The notes beneath the pieces were generated by a model, which had not been told where the DNA came from, ran no database searches, and saw only the letters and a list, made by a program, of their open reading frames with translations. Shown in pieces: positions 7,672 to 15,254 of a DNA stretch of 16,000 nt. This DNA is from Hydromonas sp. (GTDB taxonomy: Bacteria > Pseudomonadota > Gammaproteobacteria > Burkholderiales > Burkholderiaceae): NCBI GenBank assembly GCA_017495165.1, contig JAFEII010000030.1:86190-102189 (forward strand), read 5' to 3'. The stretch's first letter is position 1, and each line of letters begins with the position of its first letter. Both the position numbers and the translations under genes were made by a program.

Positions 7672-8960
7672 AATGGTCAACCAATTCGTTGCGCTGGAAC
7701 ATCGTGATCCGCATGCTGATGAGCATCGTGTGTGTCTGGCTGGTTTTTGCTGCGCTTTTGGTGTGGCAAACCAACCGCAATACAAACCAAATATTGTTGC
7801 AGCAACACACCCAGTTTACGGATATGTTGTGGGAAAACCTTGGTGACGAGGATGATCTGCAACGTAATCCCCTTCATCATTCAAAACATCCGCGTGGTTT
7901 GGAGTTTGCGGTTTATGACTTGAAAACTGGGGTGGTTCTAAATGCCTCCAGTGCGCCAGCATTGCCCCTGCAACCCAACCTTCAAAACCAAGCGCATCAA
8001 ACTGAGTTTGCGCAAAAAATGTGGCTCATTTCAAGCCGACAAAATACGGACGTGCAGCTTGTGGTTGGCTTGCCGCTGGCTATCACACAAAGATTGGCGC
8101 ATGATATGGCTCAAAACACGGGCTGGTTTTCATTGATTGGGCTGTTACTTCTTTGTCCCGCATTGTATTGGGCACTGCGTATCGGTTTGCGTCCGATTGA
8201 CGTATTCACGCGCATGGTTGCAACACGCTCGCCTGAACAACTTACGCCAATTCATGCCGACACGCCCGATGAGTTAAGCCCGTTGCGTGATAGGCTTAAC
8301 CATCTATTTAAACAAGTGGAAGCCAATTTACAAAGAGAAAAACGCTTTACCGCTGATGCCGCGCATGAGTTGCGCACGCCGCTTGCCGCCATGCGCATTC
8401 AGCTCGAGTTGGCCGAACACAGCACGCGTTCAGATATACGTCAAAAAGCGTTTGGTCATGCCAACACCGCAATACAAAATGCAACGCATTTGGTTGCACA
8501 ATTACTGCAGCTTGCGCGCCTTGAGCACGGTGCACGCTTGGAAATGCAGTCGATAAACTTGCCGCAACTTGCGCGAGCCGCCTTAATTGAAGCGGGGTTG
8601 CCATACGATGGCTCACACTTAAAAATCGAGTCGGACACGAATATCGTCGGCTCAGACATTCTCATGCACACGCTGATGCGCAACTTGGTTGATAACACAC
8701 AAAAATACGGTGGTGCCAGTGCGCAGGTTTTTATCACGATTACGCCGAGCGGCTTTGTATTTATTGACACAGGCATCGGTGCCAGCCCTCAAACCCACCA
8801 GCGCTTAGGCGAGCGGTTTTATCGCCCAGCGGGGCAAGCTGCCGTGGGCTCAGGCTTGGGGTGGTCTATTATTGAGCGCATTTGTGAGATACATCATGCA
8901 CATATCAGCAGCTTTGAGGTTGCGCCGCATGGTTTTGGCGTGCATTTTAAAATTGTGTAA
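7668..8960 (+). CDS. sensor histidine kinase (QseC/PmrB-like)
   Basis: Two transmembrane segments flank a periplasmic loop of about 110 aa. The H-box (AAHELRTPLAAM), N-box (NLVDNTQKY), DTGIG and GSGLGWSI motifs are present. The GTG start overlaps the regulator stop codon as GTGA. Confidence 0.88.
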   Translation: MKWSTNSLRWNIVIRMLMSIVCVWLVFAALLVWQTNRNTNQILLQQHTQFTDMLWENLGDEDDLQRNPLHHSKHPRGLEFAVYDLKTGVVLNASSAPALPLQPNLQNQAHQTEFAQKMWLISSRQNTDVQLVVGLPLAITQRLAHDMAQNTGWFSLIGLLLLCPALYWALRIGLRPIDVFTRMVATRSPEQLTPIHADTPDELSPLRDRLNHLFKQVEANLQREKRFTADAAHELRTPLAAMRIQLELAEHSTRSDIRQKAFGHANTAIQNATHLVAQLLQLARLEHGARLEMQSINLPQLARAALIEAGLPYDGSHLKIESDTNIVGSDILMHTLMRNLVDNTQKYGGASAQVFITITPSGFVFIDTGIGASPQTHQRLGERFYRPAGQAAVGSGLGWSIIERICEIHHAHISSFEVAPHGFGVHFKIV

Positions 8961-9001
8961 CATTATTTGGTTAATTCACGCTTACATTTAAGGACGTCTA
9001 G

Positions 9002-9724
9002 ATGACCCCATATTTTTTAATTTTGATTCCCGCGTTGGTCGCGATTTTAGGCGGTTTTTTGGCGGTGATTTGGCATCCAAGTGCGCAAGCCAGAAGCCTG
9101 ATTCAACACTTCACAGCGGGTGTTATTTTGGCTGCGCTCGCGGTAGAAATATTGCCAGAGTTGCAGCGAGAACACGTTGACCAATGGCTGCTGATTGCCG
9201 CATTTACAGGCGGTGCATTGTTTATGTATGGGATGAAATTATGGTCTGAGCAAATGGCGTATAAAGCAAGTCTGCGCCCGCAAGCGGGCATGCTCAATCA
9301 CGGTTTAATACTGGCATGTTTGATTGATGTCATGGTGGACGGTTTGATTATTGGGGCAGGTTTTGCCGCTGATGCGCAAACTGGTTTTGTCCTTGCGCTT
9401 GGCTTGTCAGTAGAACTCTTGTTTTTGGGTTTGTCTTTGGTGTCAGATACAATCAAGGGCTGGCGCGTGGTGTTGATGACTACTTTCCTGTCTTTTGTTG
9501 TGTTAATCAGCAGCTTATTGGGCAATCATTTTTTGGCGGATGCGCCGAAAGAGCTTGTCAGTGTGATTCTGGCTTTTGGAATTGCCGTTTTATTGTACTT
9601 GGTCACGGACGAATTGCTCATTGAAGCGCATGAAGTTGAGGAAAAGCCACACTCGGTTCTGTGGCTTTTTGCAGGTTTTTTGGCATTTTGGAGTATTCAA
9701 TTATTTAGCACATCTGCGTTATAG
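9002..9724 (+). CDS. ZIP-family-like metal transporter (divergent)
   Basis: The protein is polytopic and 240 aa long. Its N-terminal HFTAGVILAALAVEILPE and C-terminal GIAVLLYLVTDELLIEAHE resemble the flanking conserved helices of ZupT/GufA-type ZIP proteins. The central helices lack the usual HNxPEG-type motifs. Confidence 0.6.
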   Translation: MTPYFLILIPALVAILGGFLAVIWHPSAQARSLIQHFTAGVILAALAVEILPELQREHVDQWLLIAAFTGGALFMYGMKLWSEQMAYKASLRPQAGMLNHGLILACLIDVMVDGLIIGAGFAADAQTGFVLALGLSVELLFLGLSLVSDTIKGWRVVLMTTFLSFVVLISSLLGNHFLADAPKELVSVILAFGIAVLLYLVTDELLIEAHEVEEKPHSVLWLFAGFLAFWSIQLFSTSAL

Positions 9725-9778
9725 CACGAAAAATTTAATTTCTACAGTGCGTGTTGATGGCCATTTGCGTTATGCCAT

Positions 9779-10945
9779 TCAGCGTCTATTGTGGCTTAAA
9801 CGCAATTTAAACAAACCTTCCATCAAAATAAAAGCCGCGCCGATTGCAATCACGAGCATGGCTGCGGGCAAGCCCAAGTGTTGTGCGAGGTAGCCTAGGA
9901 GTGCGGGGCCGCCAAGTAGGCTGGCGTAGCCCATGCCTGCAACGTATGAAATGCCTTGGGCGGCGGGGACTTGTGGGATATTGGCTGCGCGGATGAATAA
10001 CAGCGGGACGATGTTGGCGTAGCCCAAACCGCAAATAAATAGGGCGGCGAGCGCGACGGCTGGGCTGCTGGCGCAGATGAATACCAACATCATGATGCAG
10101 GCGCAGCCGGCGCTGGCGCACAGCAGCGGTAATGTGGCGTAACGTTGGCGCAGCGCGTCGCCTGCAAAACGTGCGATGGTCATGCCGCTGGAAAATGCGG
10201 CGACGGTTAGGGCGGTTTGGGTTGGGGTGGCGTGTTTGATGTCGCGTAAAAATAAACCCGACCAGTCGCCGACTGCACCTTCTGAAAAGTACGTGATGGC
10301 CACCAATATGGCGACGGTAATCAGCGCGGCGGGCATGCGTTTGGTGCGCGTGACAACTTGCGCTGCGTGGTTGCTGGCCGCTGTGTCCCTTGGGTAGCAA
10401 AAGCGGCTGGCGAGAATCAGTGCGGCGATGGCAAAGACGCTGACCCCCAAGCTGCTCAGTGGAATTGAAATGTGCAGCGCAATCATGGCAGCAGCGCACA
10501 GGCTGCCCGCCACATTGCCCAAGCTGTAACCACCGTGAAACAAGGACATGCTGGGTTTTTGTAGGCCGTGTTCAACCGTGAGTGCGTGGGTATTAATCGA
10601 AATATCAAATGTGCCGCAGCAAAATCCCAGCGCGCAGACCAATAACATCAGCGTGGCAATGCTGGGCGCGTTGAGCACCAATGGCAGCGTGAGCCACATC
10701 ATGCAGCCTGAGACGCGTAAAACGCGGGCGGAATGATGGCGCTCGATGTATTTGGGCATTAAAAGGGTGGCGATGACTGCGCCGATGCCAAAGCAAAATA
10801 GACATGCGCCGAGCAGCTCTGGGCTTAGGTTTAAGCGGTGTTCGAGCTGTGGGATATTGGCCGCCCATAAGCCGCTGAGGATACCGAGTAATGAAAAAAT
10901 AAAAAACAGCGATTTTTGAGCGGATTTGGGTGTGTAGGTGGTCAT
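9779..10945 (-). CDS. MFS transporter, substrate unknown
   Basis: The protein has about 12 hydrophobic segments with typical MFS spacing. ATG 10945 is preferred over the TTG at 11014 that opens the tracked ORF, but the start remains uncertain. Confidence 0.7.
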   Translation of the reverse strand: MTTYTPKSAQKSLFFIFSLLGILSGLWAANIPQLEHRLNLSPELLGACLFCFGIGAVIATLLMPKYIERHHSARVLRVSGCMMWLTLPLVLNAPSIATLMLLVCALGFCCGTFDISINTHALTVEHGLQKPSMSLFHGGYSLGNVAGSLCAAAMIALHISIPLSSLGVSVFAIAALILASRFCYPRDTAASNHAAQVVTRTKRMPAALITVAILVAITYFSEGAVGDWSGLFLRDIKHATPTQTALTVAAFSSGMTIARFAGDALRQRYATLPLLCASAGCACIMMLVFICASSPAVALAALFICGLGYANIVPLLFIRAANIPQVPAAQGISYVAGMGYASLLGGPALLGYLAQHLGLPAAMLVIAIGAAFILMEGLFKLRLSHNRR

Positions 10946-11045
10946 TTGGAATGGCTGATTGACTGATTGGCTGTGGTTTCGATTTGAAATTGTGCTGGTT
11001 GGCGTGGTGTACAAAAGCAGTCATGGTCGCGGCCAAGCCGCACAC

Positions 11046-11072
11046 AAAAAAGCAGCTTCAGTCTGCTTTTTT
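11046..11072 (-). terminator. putative (bidirectional) intrinsic terminator downstream of zapA
   Basis: AAAAAAGCAG (11046-11055) pairs with CTGCTTTTTT (11063-11072) around a 7-nt loop. The stem core is only AGCAG/CTGCT plus A-U pairs, so the terminator is weak. It is followed on the - strand by a T-run and then a GCGGC-caa-GCCGC hairpin (11029-11041). Confidence 0.45.
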
Positions 11073-11124
11073 GGGTTTAAATGCGCGGATATGTGCATTT
11101 TTACATTGTTTTTATATTGCCGTT

Positions 11125-11436
11125 TTAACTTGCGCTGTCTGACTCAAGAAGTGCTTGGTCAACGGCTTGGTTGATGTTGTTGATGCGCTGAGACGCTTCA
11201 AGGCTGGCGCTGTTGTGCAGATTGTGTTGCAATAGTTCGTGGGCGATTTGAAGGGCGGCGAATACGGCGATTTTGTCGTGGCCTGATAAGCCCATTTGTT
11301 TGTGGATGGACTGCATTTTTTGGTCAACCAACGTGACACTGGCGAGCAGGGATGATTTTTCATCGGGCGTGCACAGCAGTGTGTAATTGCGCCCAAGAAT
11401 GCTGACGTTGAGGGTTTCTTTGGTTGCAGTGTTCAT
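11125..11436 (-). CDS. zapA: cell division protein ZapA
   Basis: The 103-aa protein reads VSILGRNYTLLCTPDEKSSLLASVTLVDQKMQSI...DKIAVFAALQIAHELL, which matches the ZapA pattern (I.G..Y...C...E...L...A..L...M, then AALN/QIA.EL). Confidence 0.8.
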   Translation of the reverse strand: MNTATKETLNVSILGRNYTLLCTPDEKSSLLASVTLVDQKMQSIHKQMGLSGHDKIAVFAALQIAHELLQHNLHNSASLEASQRINNINQAVDQALLESDSAS

Positions 11437-11669
11437 CGTGTGCCTTGTGCGGTTGGGTCTTGTGGGGTGTTTTGGGTGGGGGATTCTATGCTGGTAATGA
11501 GTGAGTCGAGCCTTTTTTGGGCGGCGCTCATGCGTTCGATGTATTGGCGGTTTTCATTGCGTAATGCGAGGTTTTCGGCGTGTAGGTTGGCTTTTTCGGT
11601 ACGCAATTGCGCCACGTAAGCGATCAGGCGGCTGATTTTTTGTTCCAGCGATTTGAGTGATGTAAGCAT
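11433..11669 (-). CDS. ZapB-like coiled-coil protein (TIGR02449-like, usual upstream partner of zapA)
   Basis: The 78-aa protein has heptad-rich sequence (LEQKISRLIAYVAQLRTEKANLHAENLALRNENRQYIERM). Its stop overlaps the zapA start as ATGA. No clear Shine-Dalgarno sequence precedes its ATG. Confidence 0.5.
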   Translation of the reverse strand: MLTSLKSLEQKISRLIAYVAQLRTEKANLHAENLALRNENRQYIERMSAAQKRLDSLITSIESPTQNTPQDPTAQGTR

Positions 11670-11779
11670 GACTTGTCAAAAAAAGTGAGGGTTGGCGGCG
11701 CTTGTGCTGTGTTTGTGACCGCTTTAAATAATGCCGTGTATTTTACGCTAAATTTATCTGGCTGCGTATGGGTTTGGCG

Positions 11780-11808
11780 TTGCTATTTTTATTTGAATCG
11801 CTTAAAGT
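11780..11808 (+). promoter_or_regulatory. putative sigma-70 promoter for the B12 riboswitch / btuB leader
   Basis: TTGCTA (11780-11785), a 17-nt spacer, then TAAAGT (11803-11808). This places the transcription start at about 11815, immediately before the riboswitch P1 strand. Confidence 0.45.
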
Positions 11809-11815
11809 GCTTGGG

Positions 11816-12220
11816 CTGTCGATGGCGCGGTTCGATTGGCTTGGTGGATTCGCTGAGTAAATATGCGCCATGGGAAATTTGCGGCAATTTTTAAGTTGCC
11901 TAAGATACTGCACCCGCAACGGTAAGCCCTCTTTTTTAATTGCAATTTGAGATCTTCGCACAACCAAGTAAAAACCTACTTTGTTGTGATTCGACAAAAT
12001 TTGTTTGGGATCTGAACAGATTTTAGATAAAAAGCATGAAAACCCACATTGTCCGTAATTTTGCAGCCTCCAAAAATAGAGGCGGTTGAATGGGTTGGTT
12101 ATGCAAAACGCTCAATTTGATTTTGATTTTTAAAAGAACGTGATTGGATGTGCCACTGTTTTGCTTGCAAAATGGGAAGGTCAATTCACGTGATGGGATA
12201 GTCCGGAGACCGATCGACAG
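11816..12220 (+). promoter_or_regulatory. cobalamin (B12) riboswitch, unusually long (~405 nt)
   Basis: 5' core elements:
- P1 strand CTGTCGAT at 11816-11823.
- P2 ATGGCGC (11822-11828) pairing with GCGCCAT (11865-11871).
- GGGAA at 11872-11876.
- Hairpin GGCAAT/GTTGCC.
- CCCGCAACGGTAAG at 11913-11926; compare E. coli btuB GCGCAGCGGUAAGG.

3' half elements:
- Stem CGTGATTG (12139-) pairing with CAATTCACG (12182-).
- That stem encloses GCCACTG (12152-12158), a hairpin, and GGGAAGG (12174-12180).
- B12 box AGTCCGGAGACC at 12200-12211.
- P1 partner ATCGACAG at 12213-12220. Confidence 0.75.
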
Positions 12221-12283
12221 ATTCGCGCACGTTTTGTGTCTTTTTTACTTACGCCTTGCGGGTTGCAGGGTATAAGGATCTCT

Positions 12284-14248
12284 ATGTCTCCTTCTACACG
12301 TTGTGTGCGTGCGCGCTGTGCGCTCGCATCGGCAGGTTCTCTATCGCGTCGCTCGTTTTTGTCAAGGGCGCAATTTCATCGTTTTAATTATCGTTTTAAA
12401 ATATCTTCGATTGGCGCTGCGCTCTATTTGGCGAGCGCAGGCGCGGCGTTGGCTGAACAGGCTGATGGTTCGGCTGATGTTGTGGTGAGCGCGTCGCGCA
12501 CGGCTCAGGTTGCAACGCAGGCATTGCCGCATACAACGGTGATTGATCGCGATGCGATTGAGCGCAGTCCTGCATCCGATTTGGTTGCTTTGTTGCAAAT
12601 GCAGACGGGGGTTAGTGTGAGCAGCAGCGGGGCGCAAGGTGCGTTGATGGGGGTGCGGATTCGGGGCGGTGAGCCGCGCCATACGTTGGTTTTGCTCGAT
12701 GGTGTGCCGATGAATGCTCTGTCTTCAGGCGTGCCTGATTTGCAAGCATTGGCGCTGGCCAATGTGGAGCGGGTTGAAATCGTGCGCGGCAATGTGTCTG
12801 CGTTGTATGGTTCGCAAGCGGTGGGTGGCTTGGTGCAAATTTTTACGCGCAAGGTGACGGGCAATGAGGCGAGCGTGCGTGTCGCGGGCGGCACGCACGG
12901 GCAGTTGCAAACCAGTGTGCAGGTGAGTGCGGGCAATGACAAGGTGCAGGCCACGGTTGGGATTTCGCATGAGCAGGTCAAAGCGGTGAGTGCGCAAAAG
13001 CCAGAACAAACCGCGCAGGCAGGCAGTCAATGGTCTGCGCCAACCAGTGCGAACCCTGACAAAGACGCATATCGTAATAACGCCGCCAATGCGCACGTGC
13101 GCTATCGGCCAAATGAGCGGCATGAGTTTGGGGTGCGTTTGATGCACAGCGATGGCAAAAGCGATTATGACAATGCGTATAGCCCTTCGCTGACTGCGAT
13201 TCAGTATGGCAATATTCGCTTGCAAAGCGTTGGTTTGTACGCCAATAATCAATGGAACGATGTTTGGCGCAGCGCATTTACCTTGTCGCAATATACCGAT
13301 AAGTCGGATGATTTTGACAGCGCGCCCGGTTTTGGTGATGGGCGTTCAAGTTTTAAAACAACCACAGAGCAAGCAGCTTGGCAGCACACGATTGACTCGC
13401 GCTACGGTCAGTGGATTGCGGGCGCGTCGCGCATGCAGCAAAAGCTTTCGAGCGATACAGTTTATGACAACACGCAACGCAATACCAATAGTGCGTGGCT
13501 GGGGTACAACCTTGATGCGGGTGCGCAACATCTTCAGGTGAATGCACGTTACGATGGTTTGACGGGGATGAAGGCCGAATACACGGGTGCGCTGCATTAT
13601 GGGTACGATGTGGCGGATGGCTTGCGTGTGTTTGGCAGCTACAGCAACGGCTTTTCAGCGCCCAATTTTAATGAGTTGTATTACCCAAACTATTCAAATC
13701 CCAATTTACAATCAGAGCACGCAAATTACGCAGAGCTGGGTGCGCAATACGCCTCAGACCATGCGGGTGCTCGATTTACTTTGTTTGAGACGCGTTACAG
13801 AGACAAAATTGGTTTGGACAAAATGACGTATCTGCCGATGAATATTCACCGCGCCAAAGCGCGGGGGCTGGAATGGCGCGGCTGGTATCAGTTTAACGGC
13901 TGGACACTGGATGCGGGTTGGACGTACCAAAGCGTGAAAGACTGCGCCACCGATGCGCAATTGTTGCGTCAGCCAAAATTTTTGGCCAATCTTGCGATTG
14001 GGCGGACGTGGGGCAAATGGTCGGGCAGCGCCAATTGGCAAGTACAAAGCGGTTCGGACGATGTCGGCTCGCAGCGCGTGGCAGGGTATGGCGTACTGAA
14101 TTTGGCGGCACAATACGCGCTGCGCCCTAATTTAACCGTGGGCTTGACTGTGGGCAATTTGTTTGGACGCGATTATCAAACCATTTATGGTTATAACGCG
14201 ATGCCGCGCAATGCCTTGCTTTCATTGGCTTACAAACCCAAATGGTGA
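12284..14248 (+). CDS. btuB: TonB-dependent outer-membrane receptor, probable vitamin B12 receptor
   Basis: The signal peptide ends ...ASAGAALA. A TonB-box-like DVVVSASR is present, followed by a plug domain (IERSPASDLVALLQMQTGV, RIRGGEPRHTLVLLDGVPMN), a long beta-barrel region and a terminal aromatic residue (KPKW). The B12 assignment rests on the upstream riboswitch and the downstream btuCD-like genes. The start is uncertain: ATG 12284 has AAGGA at 12274-12278, and the alternatives are GTG 12236 and TTG 12359. Confidence 0.8.
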   Translation: MSPSTRCVRARCALASAGSLSRRSFLSRAQFHRFNYRFKISSIGAALYLASAGAALAEQADGSADVVVSASRTAQVATQALPHTTVIDRDAIERSPASDLVALLQMQTGVSVSSSGAQGALMGVRIRGGEPRHTLVLLDGVPMNALSSGVPDLQALALANVERVEIVRGNVSALYGSQAVGGLVQIFTRKVTGNEASVRVAGGTHGQLQTSVQVSAGNDKVQATVGISHEQVKAVSAQKPEQTAQAGSQWSAPTSANPDKDAYRNNAANAHVRYRPNERHEFGVRLMHSDGKSDYDNAYSPSLTAIQYGNIRLQSVGLYANNQWNDVWRSAFTLSQYTDKSDDFDSAPGFGDGRSSFKTTTEQAAWQHTIDSRYGQWIAGASRMQQKLSSDTVYDNTQRNTNSAWLGYNLDAGAQHLQVNARYDGLTGMKAEYTGALHYGYDVADGLRVFGSYSNGFSAPNFNELYYPNYSNPNLQSEHANYAELGAQYASDHAGARFTLFETRYRDKIGLDKMTYLPMNIHRAKARGLEWRGWYQFNGWTLDAGWTYQSVKDCATDAQLLRQPKFLANLAIGRTWGKWSGSANWQVQSGSDDVGSQRVAGYGVLNLAAQYALRPNLTVGLTVGNLFGRDYQTIYGYNAMPRNALLSLAYKPKW

Positions 14249-14255
14249 TGTGCGA

Positions 14256-15254
14256 ATGACTTTAAATGTTTTGATATCACCTAAAAAAACACCTGAGCGG
14301 TTCTGCGCTCAAGTGTTTTTTGTTTGGGCGCTGTCGGTTGGTGTGGCTGCGCTGGCTTTGGCTGGCTCGTTAAGCTTGGGGGCGGCGCACATGGATGCTG
14401 ACATTCTGCTGCGCCTGCGTGTGCCGCGTGTGCTGGCAGCGTTTGGCGTGGGCGGTTTGTTGGCGTTGGCCGGTGTGTTGTTACAAGCGCTGCTCAGAAA
14501 CCCATTGGCCGAGCCGTATATGTTGGGCGCGGCTTCTGGGGCGGGATTCTTTGTGCTGTGCGGCATGGTGGTGGGTGCGTCTTGGTGGCAGTTGCAAGGT
14601 CTGGCATTGGTCGGCTCTTTATGTGTGTTGTTGCTGATGACCGCTTTGCTTAAGCGCTTGCGCCATGCTCATGGCGATGTCACCGTTTTGCTTTTGCTGG
14701 GCGTGCTGTTGGGCGCTGTACTCAATGCGGGCGTGAGTGTGATTATGCTGACATTGCCTGACCGTGTGATGCGCGGCGCGATGTTTTGGCTTATGGGCGA
14801 TTTGGCGGGCGCGGGGCAGCAATTTTGGGCGATTTTGGGGGTGTTTTTGTGCACAATTTTGGCGTTGCCATTGGCGCAACCCATGAATGCGCTGATGCGC
14901 GGCGCGCACATGGCACATGGGTTTGGGATTGATGTGGCGCGTTTGCGTTGGCAGTTGTTGCTTCTTGCGGGGCTTGCCACAGCTTTGGCGGTGGCAGAAG
15001 CGGGTGCGATTGGGTTTGTTGGTTTGGTCGTGCCGCACGCGGTGAAGTTGTGCGTTGCGCGGCTGCCCCGTTTGGGGGCGCGCTCGGTTTTGGTGCTGTG
15101 TGTGCTGTGGGGCGCGATTTTATTGGTTTGCGCAGATATGGTGGCGCGCACAATTGCCTATCCGATTGAGTTGCCCGTCGGGGTTTTTACAACGCTATTG
15201 GGTGCGCCGTTTTTTGCATGGCAGCTGGTGCGCCGTTTGAGAGGGCGGGTGTGA
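14256..15254 (+). CDS. btuC: FecCD-family ABC transporter permease (BtuC-like)
   Basis: The roughly 10-TM hydrophobic protein has FecCD-type motifs (LRVPRVLAAFGVGGLLALAGVLLQALLRNPLAEPYMLG, GFVGLVVPH, PVGVFTTLLGAPFF). The start is set to ATG 14256, 8 nt after the btuB stop. Confidence 0.82.
   Translation: MTLNVLISPKKTPERFCAQVFFVWALSVGVAALALAGSLSLGAAHMDADILLRLRVPRVLAAFGVGGLLALAGVLLQALLRNPLAEPYMLGAASGAGFFVLCGMVVGASWWQLQGLALVGSLCVLLLMTALLKRLRHAHGDVTVLLLLGVLLGAVLNAGVSVIMLTLPDRVMRGAMFWLMGDLAGAGQQFWAILGVFLCTILALPLAQPMNALMRGAHMAHGFGIDVARLRWQLLLLAGLATALAVAEAGAIGFVGLVVPHAVKLCVARLPRLGARSVLVLCVLWGAILLVCADMVARTIAYPIELPVGVFTTLLGAPFFAWQLVRRLRGRV

Noticed and set aside
9725-9778. The convergent spacer between the ZIP-like gene and the MFS gene was examined for a bidirectional terminator.
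   Set aside because: I could find no convincing GC-rich stem with flanking T/A runs by eye, so no terminator is called.
10946-11124. I looked for a 6S RNA (ssrS) downstream of zapA, because zapA-ssrS is a common proteobacterial arrangement and the gap to the MFS ATG is about 179 nt.
   Set aside because: The - strand sequence shows no long end-to-end closing stem or central-bubble architecture. Instead it has a short terminator-like hairpin about 55 nt after the zapA stop. No 5-formyltetrahydrofolate cyclo-ligase gene is nearby. A covariance-model scan (Rfam RF00013) would settle the question.
11686-11931. Possible long-range pairing of GAGGGTTGGCGG (11686-) with CCGCAACGGTAAGCCCTC (11914-11931) followed by a T-run, which would suggest a structured sRNA of about 250 nt.
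   Set aside because: The 3' partner is the conserved CCCGCAACGGTAAG core of the cobalamin riboswitch. The better-supported promoter places the transcription start at about 11815, downstream of the 5' partner. The pairing also needs a bulge.
11673-11997. Small ORFs in the zapB-btuB intergenic region: 11673..11894 (+, 73 aa) and 11743..11997 (-, 84 aa).
   Set aside because: They overlap the promoter and the cobalamin riboswitch core. They lack ribosome-binding sites, and their composition is Cys/Trp-rich or low-complexity. The RNA element explains the conservation-like structure better.
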